A stretch of DNA of 63,972 nt, filler included, from Reticulomyxa filosa (Eukaryota > Protista > Foraminifera), in assembly GCA_000512085.1 (NCBI GenBank). It is 19 parts of 19 records of this genome, joined end to end, with 100 filler letters (N's around TTAATTAATTAA, not from the genome) between each part and the next. Parts side by side here need not be neighbours in the genome. Positions count along the whole stretch, not along the records: positions 12,403 to 13,606 come from ASPP01036164.1; positions 13,707 to 16,124 come from ASPP01037062.1; positions 16,225 to 17,316 come from ASPP01004922.1; positions 17,417 to 22,680 come from ASPP01010479.1; positions 22,781 to 33,015 come from ASPP01002456.1; 14 more parts are not named here. The stretch is one strand, 5' to 3'. Below are positions 12,650 through 24,066 of the stretch, in pieces (position 1 is the stretch's first letter; each line of letters begins with the position of its first letter). The notes beneath the pieces were generated by a model, which saw nothing but the letters and a program-made list of their open reading frames with translations, searched no databases and was not told the DNA's origin. Made by a program: the position numbers and the translations under genes.

Positions 12650-13224
12650 GGAACTAAGCAAATTGAAAGAAGCCTCTCGACACGAATAGTTTCGACGGAA
12701 CTACAAATTGAAAGTCTTTGATTATGTCAATGTGCCTATCAACTATCAAAGCAAAGATATTACTAACAATATCGCCCCACTGCAACAGCAATCACAAGTA
12801 CAATTACAATTACAATCACAAAAGCCGCTGATTCCGAAACTGCTTCAAGACTTGGACATATTGACCTATGGTAAATCCTTGTGGTATCTTTTTGCGTGTA
12901 TCAGTTGGCTCTGAAAGATCGCGACAGCGTATGGGATTGTTTGATCTATCTTGCAAATCAATTACCAACGCCGATTGCCGTGAGATTGCTGGAAGACACC
13001 ATCGACACAGCAAGGGAGCACGCGATAATGTCGCCGCCATCCAATTTGATCGTCATGTGCACAATGCTGGTTGTAATGCTTTTCAATTATGCCATTCGTT
13101 TGCTAAGTCAAGGACGATATGTCTTGAACGCAAAGTTACTATTTCCCATTCAATACTCTTTGAACGGGACTTGATCTTGCGAAACAAGAAGCCTCTAGGA
13201 AACGACGGTGCAATATGCTATTAG
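12650..13224 (+). CDS. Fragmented hypothetical eukaryotic protein
   Basis: Overlapping plus-strand ORFs with coding-like composition. No recognisable motif. Confidence 0.3.
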
Positions 13225-13822
13225 CTGCAAAAAAGGAAGAAAGTAGAAGGAACAAATTGCCCTATCCAGATTCTGAACACAACTAAAACAAAATGCAAAA
13301 TGACCACAAGATATCAAAATATGAGTAATTTTTTTATCGCATATACAACAAGTTTCTTCGATATTTTGATGTACTTTTTCATCGAAAATTTTTCTGAGAA
13401 ATTGACGATTTCCAGTTTCTTTGTTTTCTGCGACCGCTTCACTGCTACTTAATTTTTCGATAAGATAACATCTTCACTGGATTTTGCACTTAGCCTTGGC
13501 AAAGACATCTATACCATCGATATATCTGCAAAAATCTATAGGCAGATCTTGAAGTTTTTTTATATTTTTTTCTATACACCATTACCACTTGTGCCTATTT
13601 TTTTTTNNNNNNNNNNNNNNNNNNNNNNNNNNNNNNNNNNNNNNNNNNNNTTAATTAATTAANNNNNNNNNNNNNNNNNNNNNNNNNNNNNNNNNNNNNN
13701 NNNNNNCCATAAATGACTTGATTTAATTTTTAAATGTCCAAGTTCTTTTATATTAATTCTTATATTTTCTCCAAGTAAAAATGTTTCAAATGTGTAATTA
13801 TGCCATTCATTATTTTTTAATT

Positions 13823-16060
13823 TTATTCTAAATTATTATTTTTAATCAATGATAACATATTCATAAATTTTTTTTTGTTATCATCTTCATTTTCAGCATC
13901 CATTGTGTTTACAAAATGCTCAAAATTGCACAGATTTTCGTTATTGACCAACTCGGCGATTTTTGGCTCATTATTGATACACAAATCCAGAAATTCGGTG
14001 CAATTTGATACACTTTCTGGAAAGCATTTATAACAAATGTCAAAGCATTGAGTCATCTCTTCGATTGACGCCGACGTTGTTACCATTAACTCACTTTTCA
14101 GTGGTTTACACTCGTTAAGAAATAAGTGACAAATTTTATTAAGCTCAGTAACAAAATTGTTCCAATTGTTGTCTAACGCGATACTTTTTAATTGTTTGTG
14201 CAATTCTCGGATTATATTGGTAGTGTCAATCATTTTCTTCCAAGGAAGGATCCTTTTTTTTCAATTCCGAAATCTTATGTGTTATATCCTTAAGATTATA
14301 GACAATTTCACCTGTATCAATTTCAGGCTTATCAACGTCGGCAAACAGCAGATCAATTTCGGTGATCAGCTCTGTATCCACAAACCGAATTAAATGTTCA
14401 AGGAAGAGAGTTTTTTTTATGTACAGCAGTTGCCAAGGCTTTCTATTTCTCCTTTGCCTGCACTGCACATTGTTCCATGATCACTTTCAAGTTCCCTTGG
14501 CAAGACTGCTTGACTTCATTCCATATTTTGGAAAAGACTTTGCTCTATCTCAACATGTCTAGGGTGTTCATCGGCTGTTTCAGTTCGTTCAATACTTCAA
14601 ATGCGTCATGACAAGTCGAAGCATTTTTGGAAATAACACAAACGTTCGCTTTTTCGAAAAAAATGTAACACAATGTCAAGTCTTTGGGAATATCTTTCAT
14701 GATGAAATATCTACTTATCACACGTTTAAATAAATTTACAATTGTATCAAATTGTTTATATTTGTCCAACAGCTCTTTAAATTTCGTCTATTGTTTACTC
14801 AATTCCATCTCTTGTTTACTCAATTTCACAAGATTTGCTACTTTATCTTCATTGCCATTTGCACAAACAAACTTGCACGTGGACAATGTGATGTTATCAT
14901 CTTTGACCAGTTGAAACATGTGTAACAGCGTGTCATTGACAAAGTTTACAAACAATTGGAATGCTTTTCACATTTGCAATGTGCTTGGATATAATATCCG
15001 TCCATAAATACATTTGAAGCAATAGACCAAGCCTGTTTCCAAAGCGCAAGCCTTTTGTGAAGCTCGTTTTTCTTCAAAGAATTCTTCATACGTTTGGGTG
15101 TCAGTGAACGTAAATGCCGATTCAATATTTTCATTGTTCTAACTGTTTTTTCCTGTCTTCAACATCTACTACTGTCTGTTCATCCATTTCTGTTATCTCA
15201 TCCAATTTTTTTTCACTTGGTTCATGTCCATCTATCTCTTTTTCCTCGTTGTCACTTGGCCCGCTATCTTCTTCATTTTCTATTTTTCCTTTTTCTTTAT
15301 CTGTCGCATACTTGATATCATACATTGAGTTGATAGCATATCAGAAATAAGTGGATCTTCGAGCTTGGTCTCAACTTCCCATGTCAGTGTGGGCACACAT
15401 ATTATCATATCAAATACCTCATTCCATAAACGTCCAATCCACCGATGTCTGCGCAAGACAATACTACACACACACACAATGTCCTCTTTACTCCAAAAGT
15501 AGCCGTCGAGGGCCATCTTTTGTTGCTGCGATTTCACCTCGCTGATAAAGAAATCCAAATACCTGCGAGTGAGTTTGTAAAAGCCGGGATAAGACAGCAG
15601 CTGTATCACCTTGCGGCGGTGGAAGTGCAAGGAAGAAGATGTTTGCCATCCAACGAGTCGTATTGAAGCCATCCGCGCAAAAACTTTTGCAACAAAATTT
15701 TCCAGTATAACTTGCAAGATTCTTCTTGCAATAGCTTTCTTAAAAGCACAAAGCGATATACCTAAATACAATAAAAACATTGAATTTTTATCTCAAAGGG
15801 GCATGCTCAAAGTTAAAGAAATTTTGCAAAACTGATTCCATGTTCGCAGTGCAACTTTTCCACGTGAGTATCTCTGTCTTGGGCAAGCCTTCAACGCAGT
15901 TTTTTTTCCACATTAATAACTTTTTCCAAATCGCTGTAAGCATATTTAATCTGCGTGCTAATCTCCTATTGTCTCAAATTCACAGCGATCTTCGCGCCAT
16001 TGCCTTGCAACTACACCATAGGATAAAATTGTTCATTCACTCCGTCAAACGAACTTCGTG
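13823..16060 (-). pseudogene. Heavily degenerate gene for a large helical protein
   Basis: Chain of short co-oriented minus-strand ORFs (15280-15780, 15131-15325, 14946-15134, 14545-14769, 14226-14468, 13823-14233) separated by stops and frameshifts. Confidence 0.4.
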
Positions 16061-17448
16061 AGCCGTATATGAATATTCTTTTTTTAAAAAAAGTTTATTA
16101 CAAAAAAAAAAAAAAAAAAAAAAANNNNNNNNNNNNNNNNNNNNNNNNNNNNNNNNNNNNNNNNNNNNTTAATTAATTAANNNNNNNNNNNNNNNNNNNN
16201 NNNNNNNNNNNNNNNNNNNNNNNNATGCTTTTATGTGAATATTGGATACGAGATAATGCAGATTGAGATCAATGCAAGCCATTACATTAAAACATGTATT
16301 CGAGTATGATGGATAGCCCGATCTACTGCTATTGCCACAGCAAGGATTTGGAGAACGAGAAAAGGGCGATGTCGGAGAATACGCCAAGGTGCATTGAGGT
16401 GGATCCATATGAAGAAGGTGCTGTATGTTGTGTCTTGGACTGCTTGCTGGATCTTAACAAGACCCCAAATATGTGTTGGCTTCTTCGATTTCCCATAATA
16501 TCAAGCTTCCACACAAATCGCTTCCCCATGATCATAAACAATTTATCAAGTCAAAAATTTGTTGGAGCAAGCAATTGTGATTGCCATGTTGGCTTGTCCA
16601 TTTGAAGCGCGTCTCTATGCCTTTGGCGGAATTGCACGACAGATCCGTCGTGTTATTTCTCCAGAAGCTACTTTGGTTCCTTGTACTTCGGCCCCAAGTC
16701 TGTAGCACAAACAAATTTATTTTGATAGTAACTTTTTGTTTTTTTTAAATTTTTTTTGGGTTAAAATAAAATGAAAAACCAATGTACGCCAATACGTGTT
16801 GTTTCCGGTACAGCTCGATACCACCTCCACAAACCATTGAATGACAATACTATCTCTTGCGCTGCACCTGTTCTTTTGTTGATGTTTTCACACGCGCGCA
16901 TCCACGTATACTTTTGTTCCCTTACAATCTATAAATAAAAAAAACACTTATTTTAGTGTTGCAAAAAAAATATGAACACACAAGGAAAGTATTTAAAGTG
17001 TAATTTGATAATTTTTTTTTAACATTGGTTTGTCATCGCCAATCTATATTTTTTATTTTAAACAAGTCAAACATAAAAAAGGAAATATTTTTTTTACTTA
17101 ACTAATTTTTGTCGGCATTCGCCTGAACATAAATATTTTGGAGTCTGGCTCCAACTAAAAAATAATTATTATTATTATACTTTAATTTTTTTTTCTTTTT
17201 GTTCTTTTTTTTTTTCTTTATCATTCTTTTTTTTTTTCCATTTATCTTTTTTATTTTATTTTATTTTTTCCACCCCTTTTCATCCATATTCTTCTTTTTT
17301 TTCCACCCTTTTATTCNNNNNNNNNNNNNNNNNNNNNNNNNNNNNNNNNNNNNNNNNNNNTTAATTAATTAANNNNNNNNNNNNNNNNNNNNNNNNNNNN
17401 NNNNNNNNNNNNNNNNGTTTAAGTTAACATGATAAATAAAATAATACT

Positions 17449-17480
<32 letters not shown>

Positions 17481-17541
17481 GTATACATATACATATATGT
17501 ATATATACATCTATGCATATACATATATGCATATGCAATAG

Positions 17542-18624
17542 TATGCACATGCGGCCAGCCACTTTGCTCCAACGGGAAAAAATCCAGAATCGTCTCGAGG
17601 ACATGTGACCTTTAGTGGCGAGAATTAAACAAGTGCGATCGAAACATGAAAGCATGGTGTCGTACTTTGTGATGGTGGATTGCGCGGGGAGTGAAGGAGA
17701 GACGGCGTTCACGCCAGAGTTTAAGGCGATGGTGGACCAGCAAACGCTGATGGCCAGACGATTGGAGGCGGGCACGATTAACACGGGATTGTCGCAGTTG
17801 CAAGTGATATTCAATCAGTTGAAACAAAGCGGCGAATTGTCGAAAGCGATTGGAAATGGCTTGCGACGAGTGCTTCATCCCTATATTAACACCCGCACGT
17901 ATTTGAGCGTGTTGTTCACGTTGTCTCCGTCGGCCAACAATGCCAAGGCGACGGAGTCGACATTGAAGTTTGCAGTCACGGCAGGGATGGTCAAAGTCAA
18001 GCCAGTTGCGATGAAAGGAAAGATGAACTGGGAAGTGTTGGTTAACGAATTGAAGGGCCATGTGGAGAGACAAGTTTTTTTTTTTTTTTTTTGTTGTGGC
18101 CATTGGATGTCAACAAAAAGCTACTTATTATATATACATATATATATATATATTACACATAGTGTATATATGTATGTCATTATGTTTGTGTCCTTTGAAA
18201 AACGAACAAAGGAAAAAGTAATCGAAGATAACAATGTCACAATTGAAGACTTGGAAAGACAGATCGAACGCACGAAAGAGGCGATCGAACGGTCGAAAAG
18301 GGGACTGCCGATCAAAGCCAAAAAGCAAGAACTGAGAGTGACGGTGGAGTCGGAAGAACCGACCCAAGGACCAACCGACACGTCACACACTGTTCCAGTG
18401 CAAATGGACGATCAGCTCACTCTCTCGTTGATGGGCGTGTTGGATGACTCTGTCATGGACTTAATGAATGAATTGGGTATTGTTTTCTCTTTTCCACATA
18501 TGTTTGCATTCTCAAAACATAGCATGACGTTAGTTACTTAACAAAGCATAGCATTTTTTTTTTTAAAAAACCCAATGCGAAAAAGAGAAAGTTAAAAAAA
18601 AAAAAAAGCATTAATAATAATAAC

Positions 18625-18673
<49 letters not shown>

Positions 18674-19229
18674 TTAATAATAATAATAATAATAATAAAT
18701 AAACAAAATAAATAAATAATAATCTGTAATGATAACAATAGATGAAGAGTTCCGTAGCGAATTGAAGAAAGAACAAGAACTGGAACAACAACAAGAAATA
18801 GAACGATCGAAACATGACCAACGATTATCACAAGCGGGCATCCAACGCCATGGGAGACATCGTGCAGAGACAGTCGAAGAAAACGCGGAAGCGATGAAAA
18901 CGGCCATCGACACTTACAACCAACACACTCGCACCAAATCCAAAAAAGAAGATTTTGCAAAGCGACACGTCGAAAAGCAATTCAAACAAACCGAAGAGGA
19001 ATACAAAAAATTAAAGGTGTTCCATGAAAATCTCAAAGAGGAAAAAGAAATTGAAAAATTAGACAAAAAAGAACTCACCTCTCATGCTGTCGATTTGAAC
19101 ATCCTTTTGAAAGAACAGGAAACTGTCACTGAAGGACTCAAACAGTCCAAGCAAATCATGGTGGATTACCTGAAAGAAGATGGTCGAGAAGCGCTCATCA
19201 AATGGCTACAGATGAGAGACTTGATCTAG
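17542..19229 (+). CDS. Divergent kinesin: C-terminal half of motor domain + coiled-coil tail (5'-truncated, spliced)
   Basis: HFAPTGKNPESSRGH (switch I), VDCAGSE (switch II), EAGTINTGLSQL, TLSPS...TESTLKFA. GT-AG introns at 18074-18211 and about 18477-18741. One homopolymer slip near 17611. Confidence 0.85.
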
Positions 19230-19515
19230 ATTTCTTTGCATTTCGTTTGCATTTTGCCCTGACCTTTTTTGTTTGCTTGCGTGTTTGTTCTGTTTTTTTT
19301 GTGGTGGTGTTGATTCTTCATATTACTTATGTGGGATGTTCAAAATCATATTGTGAACACAAAATATATTTGTAAATTATGTTTGTGTAGACAATAAAAT
19401 TTTGCTTTTTTCATCAATCTTTTTCCCCTGTTAATCAACATTCGATGCGGACTTCTTTCTTCAAACATTGCCATTACTAAAAAGCAGAACGGCAAGGACT
19501 GGATTATGCATTATC

Positions 19516-20570
19516 ATGCCCAAGTGGCAGTCACCTCGAAAACGAGTAAACACAAAAAGTTCTCTGTCAATGAGCTCAGAAATAGAAAAAAAAAGTGAAG
19601 AAAATTACCGACTTATGGCCATTTACCTTGCAACTACTATTCAATTTTTTGACTCCACAGGAATGGTTCAAAATAACTGTGACATGTCACTTTTTTGAAC
19701 GCTGCTTTAAGTCGTACATCGGATATATTCACAGAGACTTATCACAAGGATGTGAATGCATCCCAGTGCCAATTGCATCGAAAAAACTGATAAAGGCAAA
19801 TGGATATTCTGCACATCCACAAATTCCGAGCAATAGTTTTGAATATACTGCCGACAACTTATATTGGATTACTCCAACAACGATATTGCATCATGCAGTT
19901 GCAAGGAGGCATGTACAAACAGCACGTGTGAATGCATAAATACCTACAAAACAAGTTACGAATATATAAGCGAGGGTAAGATTGCCGTACTGAGAAAACT
20001 AGTAACAAAAGACGACAAATTGTCACCAGTTCACATAATCGAGTGTAGTGATACTTGTGAATGCGAAAAAACTAAATGCCAAAACAGAGTAAGTCAAAAA
20101 CGGACTCTGTCTTTATATTTGGAGTTTGATGAACATAAACATTGGAGTCTTTTCACAAGCCAACCCATTGCTAATGGACAATTTGTGATTGAGTTTGTTG
20201 GAGAGGTATTGATAAAGACAGAGTATAAACAAAGACGAGATGCCAATCCTTATCTTTTGATATACAGAGAGCTGTCCTCTCAAACGAACGAAGTTATCAC
20301 CGAATATTTTGTTGACCCTTTCAAATATGGGAATGCGAGTCGGTTCATCAACCATAGTTGTGACCCCAATTTAACCATTCAATTGGTTCGGTACGGATGT
20401 GATTTGCCTCACTTATGTTTATTTGCATGTAAAGACATTCAAAAAGGTGACGAATTGACTTTTCTTATGGGGTCATTGACCCTACACAAGACGTCACTGC
20501 ATCACATACAAAGTGTTTTTGTCGAAGCTCTTTGTGTCAAGGCTTTTTGCCTCGACACACAACCATATAA
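19516..20570 (+). CDS. SUVR3/SETMAR-like histone lysine methyltransferase (F-box-like helix + pre-SET + SET + post-SET)
   Basis: LLFNFLTPQEWFKITVTCHFF; DLSQGCECIPVP; CSC/CEC/ECSDTCEC..CQNR (pre-SET); FVIEFVGE, GNASRFINHSCDPN, DIQKGDELTF(SY); post-SET KCFCRSSLCQGFLP ending at TAA 20570. Three single-base slips at about 19590, 19865 and 20462. Confidence 0.88.
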
Positions 20571-20720
20571 AGATTTTATAATATCAATTGCTTGCAACTC
20601 TAAACTGCTAATTGCTTTTTTTTTACAGAAATTAAAAATCATTTTTTAAACTTCTACGAAACTTTCAAACTGTTTAAAAAAAAACTGCCTTTGAAAGGGG
20701 AAAGATCATTTAAAAAAAAG

Positions 20721-22585
20721 ATGTGGACATCAGTATCACTGCTCTTGGGCTTGCTAATATGGAAGTTTGAGACAATTTGTGCATATGGCGCACAACTCGA
20801 AGATGTAGTTTCAACAGGTGACTTTCTTTATTTGAGTGCGTTGGACGGAAAGCCGTACAACGTAACATACGATGAGCGATCGTTTATCATTGATGGGAAG
20901 AGGACATTGTTGCTGGGTGGAAGCATCCATTACCCTCGAGTAAGTATGCAACAATGGGATGACATATTGAAGAAAGCACGTGAAGACGGACTGAATCACG
21001 TAGAAGTATACGTGTTTTGGAATTTGCACGAGCCAACATATGATTTCAGTGGCAATCATGTGTATTTATGGAATGGTCGAGCCAACTTGTCGTTGTTTTT
21101 ACAAAAATGCCAGCAAAACGATTTATTCGTCAACCTGCGAATTGGCCATACGTTTGCGCGTTTCGTTAATTTTCTTTCAAAAGGAGGAAGAGGACCAAAC
21201 AGAGGAGAAGGAAAGAAGGGCGCTTCTACGCAGATAAAAAAATGACTCTATCTTTCTCCACCGACAATAACAAAAAAAAAAAAAAAAACTGGGAGTGGGA
21301 CTTCGGTGGGTTGCCAGTGGTATGGATGTGCATTAAGAAAAAAAAAAAGAGTAATAATAATAAAACAACCACAAACAACAATAACAAAAAAAATATATAT
21401 ATATATGTATATGTATTAAAGTGGTTGCTGCACGCAGATGGTATAGTATTTCGTGATAACAATCAAGTCTGGGAGGAATACATGTCGACATGGATGAAAG
21501 AAGTAGCAAACGAAGTGGAGCCATATTTGGCCCGACACGGAGGCCCTATTGTGTTGGCACAGATTGAAAATGAATATGAAGGTTCTGAGGCTTATGTGGA
21601 GTGGTGTGGACAGCTGGCGGAGAGTCTGGACTTGGGCATTCCTTGGGTTATGTGCAATGGCATGTCTGCCAATCAAACCGTAAATACTTGCAATGGAAAC
21701 AACTGCTGGAGTTATGCCCAGTCACATGGACTTAGATATCCAGGACAACCTCTGGCTTGGACTGAAAACGAAGGTTTCTGCACATATATGTACATACATA
21801 TATGTACATGTATGTATACGTATATATATATATATATATATACTCGCTCTAAAGTTTCTTTTTAAGTAAAAAATATCCCAAAAAAGAGTGAAGGAAGATT
21901 GTCACGTAGATGCTTGTCTTTTGAAATAGGATGGTTCCAGTACTGGAATAATTCCTACGACCCCACTGTTCCAGGATGGTCCAATCGCAGCCCCGAAGAC
22001 ATGGCGTACAGTGTAGCGTTGTGGTTTGGTGCGGGGGTGCACATCACAATTACTACATGTGGTACGGAGGGAATCATCTGTCCCATACTGCCGGCTCTTC
22101 CATTTCCAATTATTATGCCGATGGTGTTAACTATCATGCTGATGGCCTACCCAACGAACCAAAAGTTTCTATAAACATATACATATATATATATAAGTTT
22201 TTTGTTTGTTTCCTTCGCCTAATCTAACATATCTCGGAGTACACAAACACAAAAAAAAAAATAGAGGTCTCATTTAAACCGATTGCATACAATACTTGCA
22301 AATCACCAAAAAGCATTACTCGAAAGTCCAGTGCAAGTCGGACACGAAATCAATTTGAACCCGGTGAACGTGTCAGCGTTGCAATTGCCATTGCACGTGA
22401 GCAGCTGCAGTGGCAGTCAGGCATGGACGTACAACCCATCCAATGGGCTGTTGGCTCTGATAAACGCAACCAACAACGAAAACGAAAATTTGTGTGTGCA
22501 AAGCACCGGAGATTCCAACCCTGTCCTTACCAAGGCCTGCAATGCCTCGGATATCACGCAAAAGTGGGACTACTCCAACCTTCAA
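20721..22585 (+). CDS. GH35 beta-galactosidase, secreted, with a ricin-B-like lectin insert (3'-truncated, spliced)
   Basis: Signal peptide; VTYDERSFIIDG, GSIHYPR, YVFWNLHEP, LRIG(PYVCA), EWDFGGLPVWL, GGPIVLAQIENEY, PWVMC, NTCNG, WTEN, NYYMWYGG. Introns at 21159-21291, 21320-21421, about 21773-21929 and 22165-22264. Confidence 0.93.
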
Positions 22586-22780
22586 TTTAAGTTTTGGAGT
22601 GTATGTGCACACGTATATACGATACAAACATATCTGCATTTTGTTGGTAAAATTTATCTCTTTTTTTTTTTTTTTTTTTTNNNNNNNNNNNNNNNNNNNN
22701 NNNNNNNNNNNNNNNNNNNNNNNNTTAATTAATTAANNNNNNNNNNNNNNNNNNNNNNNNNNNNNNNNNNNNNNNNNNNN

Positions 22781-22924
22781 CGAAGAGCGGTAAAACACAG
22801 ATTATCAGCAATAAAATTATCAGAATTTAAGAAAGAATCAATTAACCCTAATATCTTATCTAATATAAAAAATGATTTGGTTAGTGAAATTGATAGCTTT
22901 GTTAAAAAAGTAATTGCAACTTAA
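22781..22924 (+). CDS. C-terminal fragment of an unidentified bacterial gene
   Basis: Open frame from the contig edge, RRAVKHRLSAIKLSEFKKES...FVKKVIAT*, ending just upstream of the DUF2971 gene. Confidence 0.5.
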   Translation, partial: RRAVKHRLSAIKLSEFKKESINPNILSNIKNDLVSEIDSFVKKVIAT

Positions 22925-22956
22925 TAATTTTCCCCTATTAGCGGGACATTGGGTAA

Positions 22957-24066
22957 GTGAATATGCAAAAAATAATAACAAAGACAAAAACACAATCATC
23001 GAAAGGTGACACTTTGTTTCATGATCTGAACAGAAAAAACAGAAAGATTATGGAAAAATTTATGACCAATGTTATTAAACCACTTAATAATAAACATAAT
23101 GAAGATATTGACCTTCCTTTATGTCATTACACATCTTTAGAAAATGGATTTGAAATTCTGAGAACACAGAACCTAAGATCTACGGAATTCAAAGATTTAG
23201 GGAGTACTGCCAGGGATGAGATAGTTGAAGGTTATGAATTAACTATTAAAGCTATTGAAGAGTTTAAAAGCAAAAATTCACAAAAACCTTTTATAGAAAT
23301 ATTCTATAATGAATTTCTATGTGTTGCACCAAATTCATCTTATCTTTCTCACGATATTAAAAACAAATCAGATGGCGCTAAAAGAAAACAAAATAAATTC
23401 CTTCAATCATCTTATTTTGTTTTTTCTTATAGCACAAAAATTGATGATGAATATTTATGGAATGAGTTTGGCAATAATTCAGAGGGAATATGTATATGTT
23501 TTAAAAAACCTGAATTCATAAGTGGTTATAAACCAATACAAGATGCCACTGCAATTCAAGTACTAATAAAAGGGGAATATTGTTCAAAAAGTTACAAAGA
23601 TAAGATTAAACCTTATTTGGAAGAAGCTTGTAGATTTATAAATAAACTTCAAAATGAAGATCTATTAATTATAAAGGGAATAGTGGTAGCTTTAACCGCA
23701 GAATTCTTAGGTTACATACCTGGATTCTTGCAATACAAAAATGAATCGGAATATAGAACAATAGAGTATGAATTCATCCTTAATGATAAAATTTTACTAA
23801 AAGACCTTAGCCAGCGAAAAGTAAAGGTTGGTGGAAAGGATTTATTAAATAATTTCAATGCATTTAATGAAAATCGAATTGAAAAAATCATATTAGGCGT
23901 TAATTGTCCTCTTACCATCGAAGAATTCAGGAATAAGCTAATTAAAATGAAAGATAGTGATGGTCGGTTGCTTTACCCTAATGCAATGAGTTTATGCATC
24001 ACCAAGTCAATAAAAATACAACAGGCTAAGCAGCGTACAAATATTTCTGAAACTCAGCAACTATAA
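22957..24066 (+). CDS. DUF2971 domain protein
   Basis: LCHYTSLE...ILRTQNLR; YFVFSYS...DDEYLWNEFGNNSEGICICF; YKNESEYR; IEKIILG. These match the typical motif order of the family. Confidence 0.8.
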   Translation: MNMQKIITKTKTQSSKGDTLFHDLNRKNRKIMEKFMTNVIKPLNNKHNEDIDLPLCHYTSLENGFEILRTQNLRSTEFKDLGSTARDEIVEGYELTIKAIEEFKSKNSQKPFIEIFYNEFLCVAPNSSYLSHDIKNKSDGAKRKQNKFLQSSYFVFSYSTKIDDEYLWNEFGNNSEGICICFKKPEFISGYKPIQDATAIQVLIKGEYCSKSYKDKIKPYLEEACRFINKLQNEDLLIIKGIVVALTAEFLGYIPGFLQYKNESEYRTIEYEFILNDKILLKDLSQRKVKVGGKDLLNNFNAFNENRIEKIILGVNCPLTIEEFRNKLIKMKDSDGRLLYPNAMSLCITKSIKIQQAKQRTNISETQQL

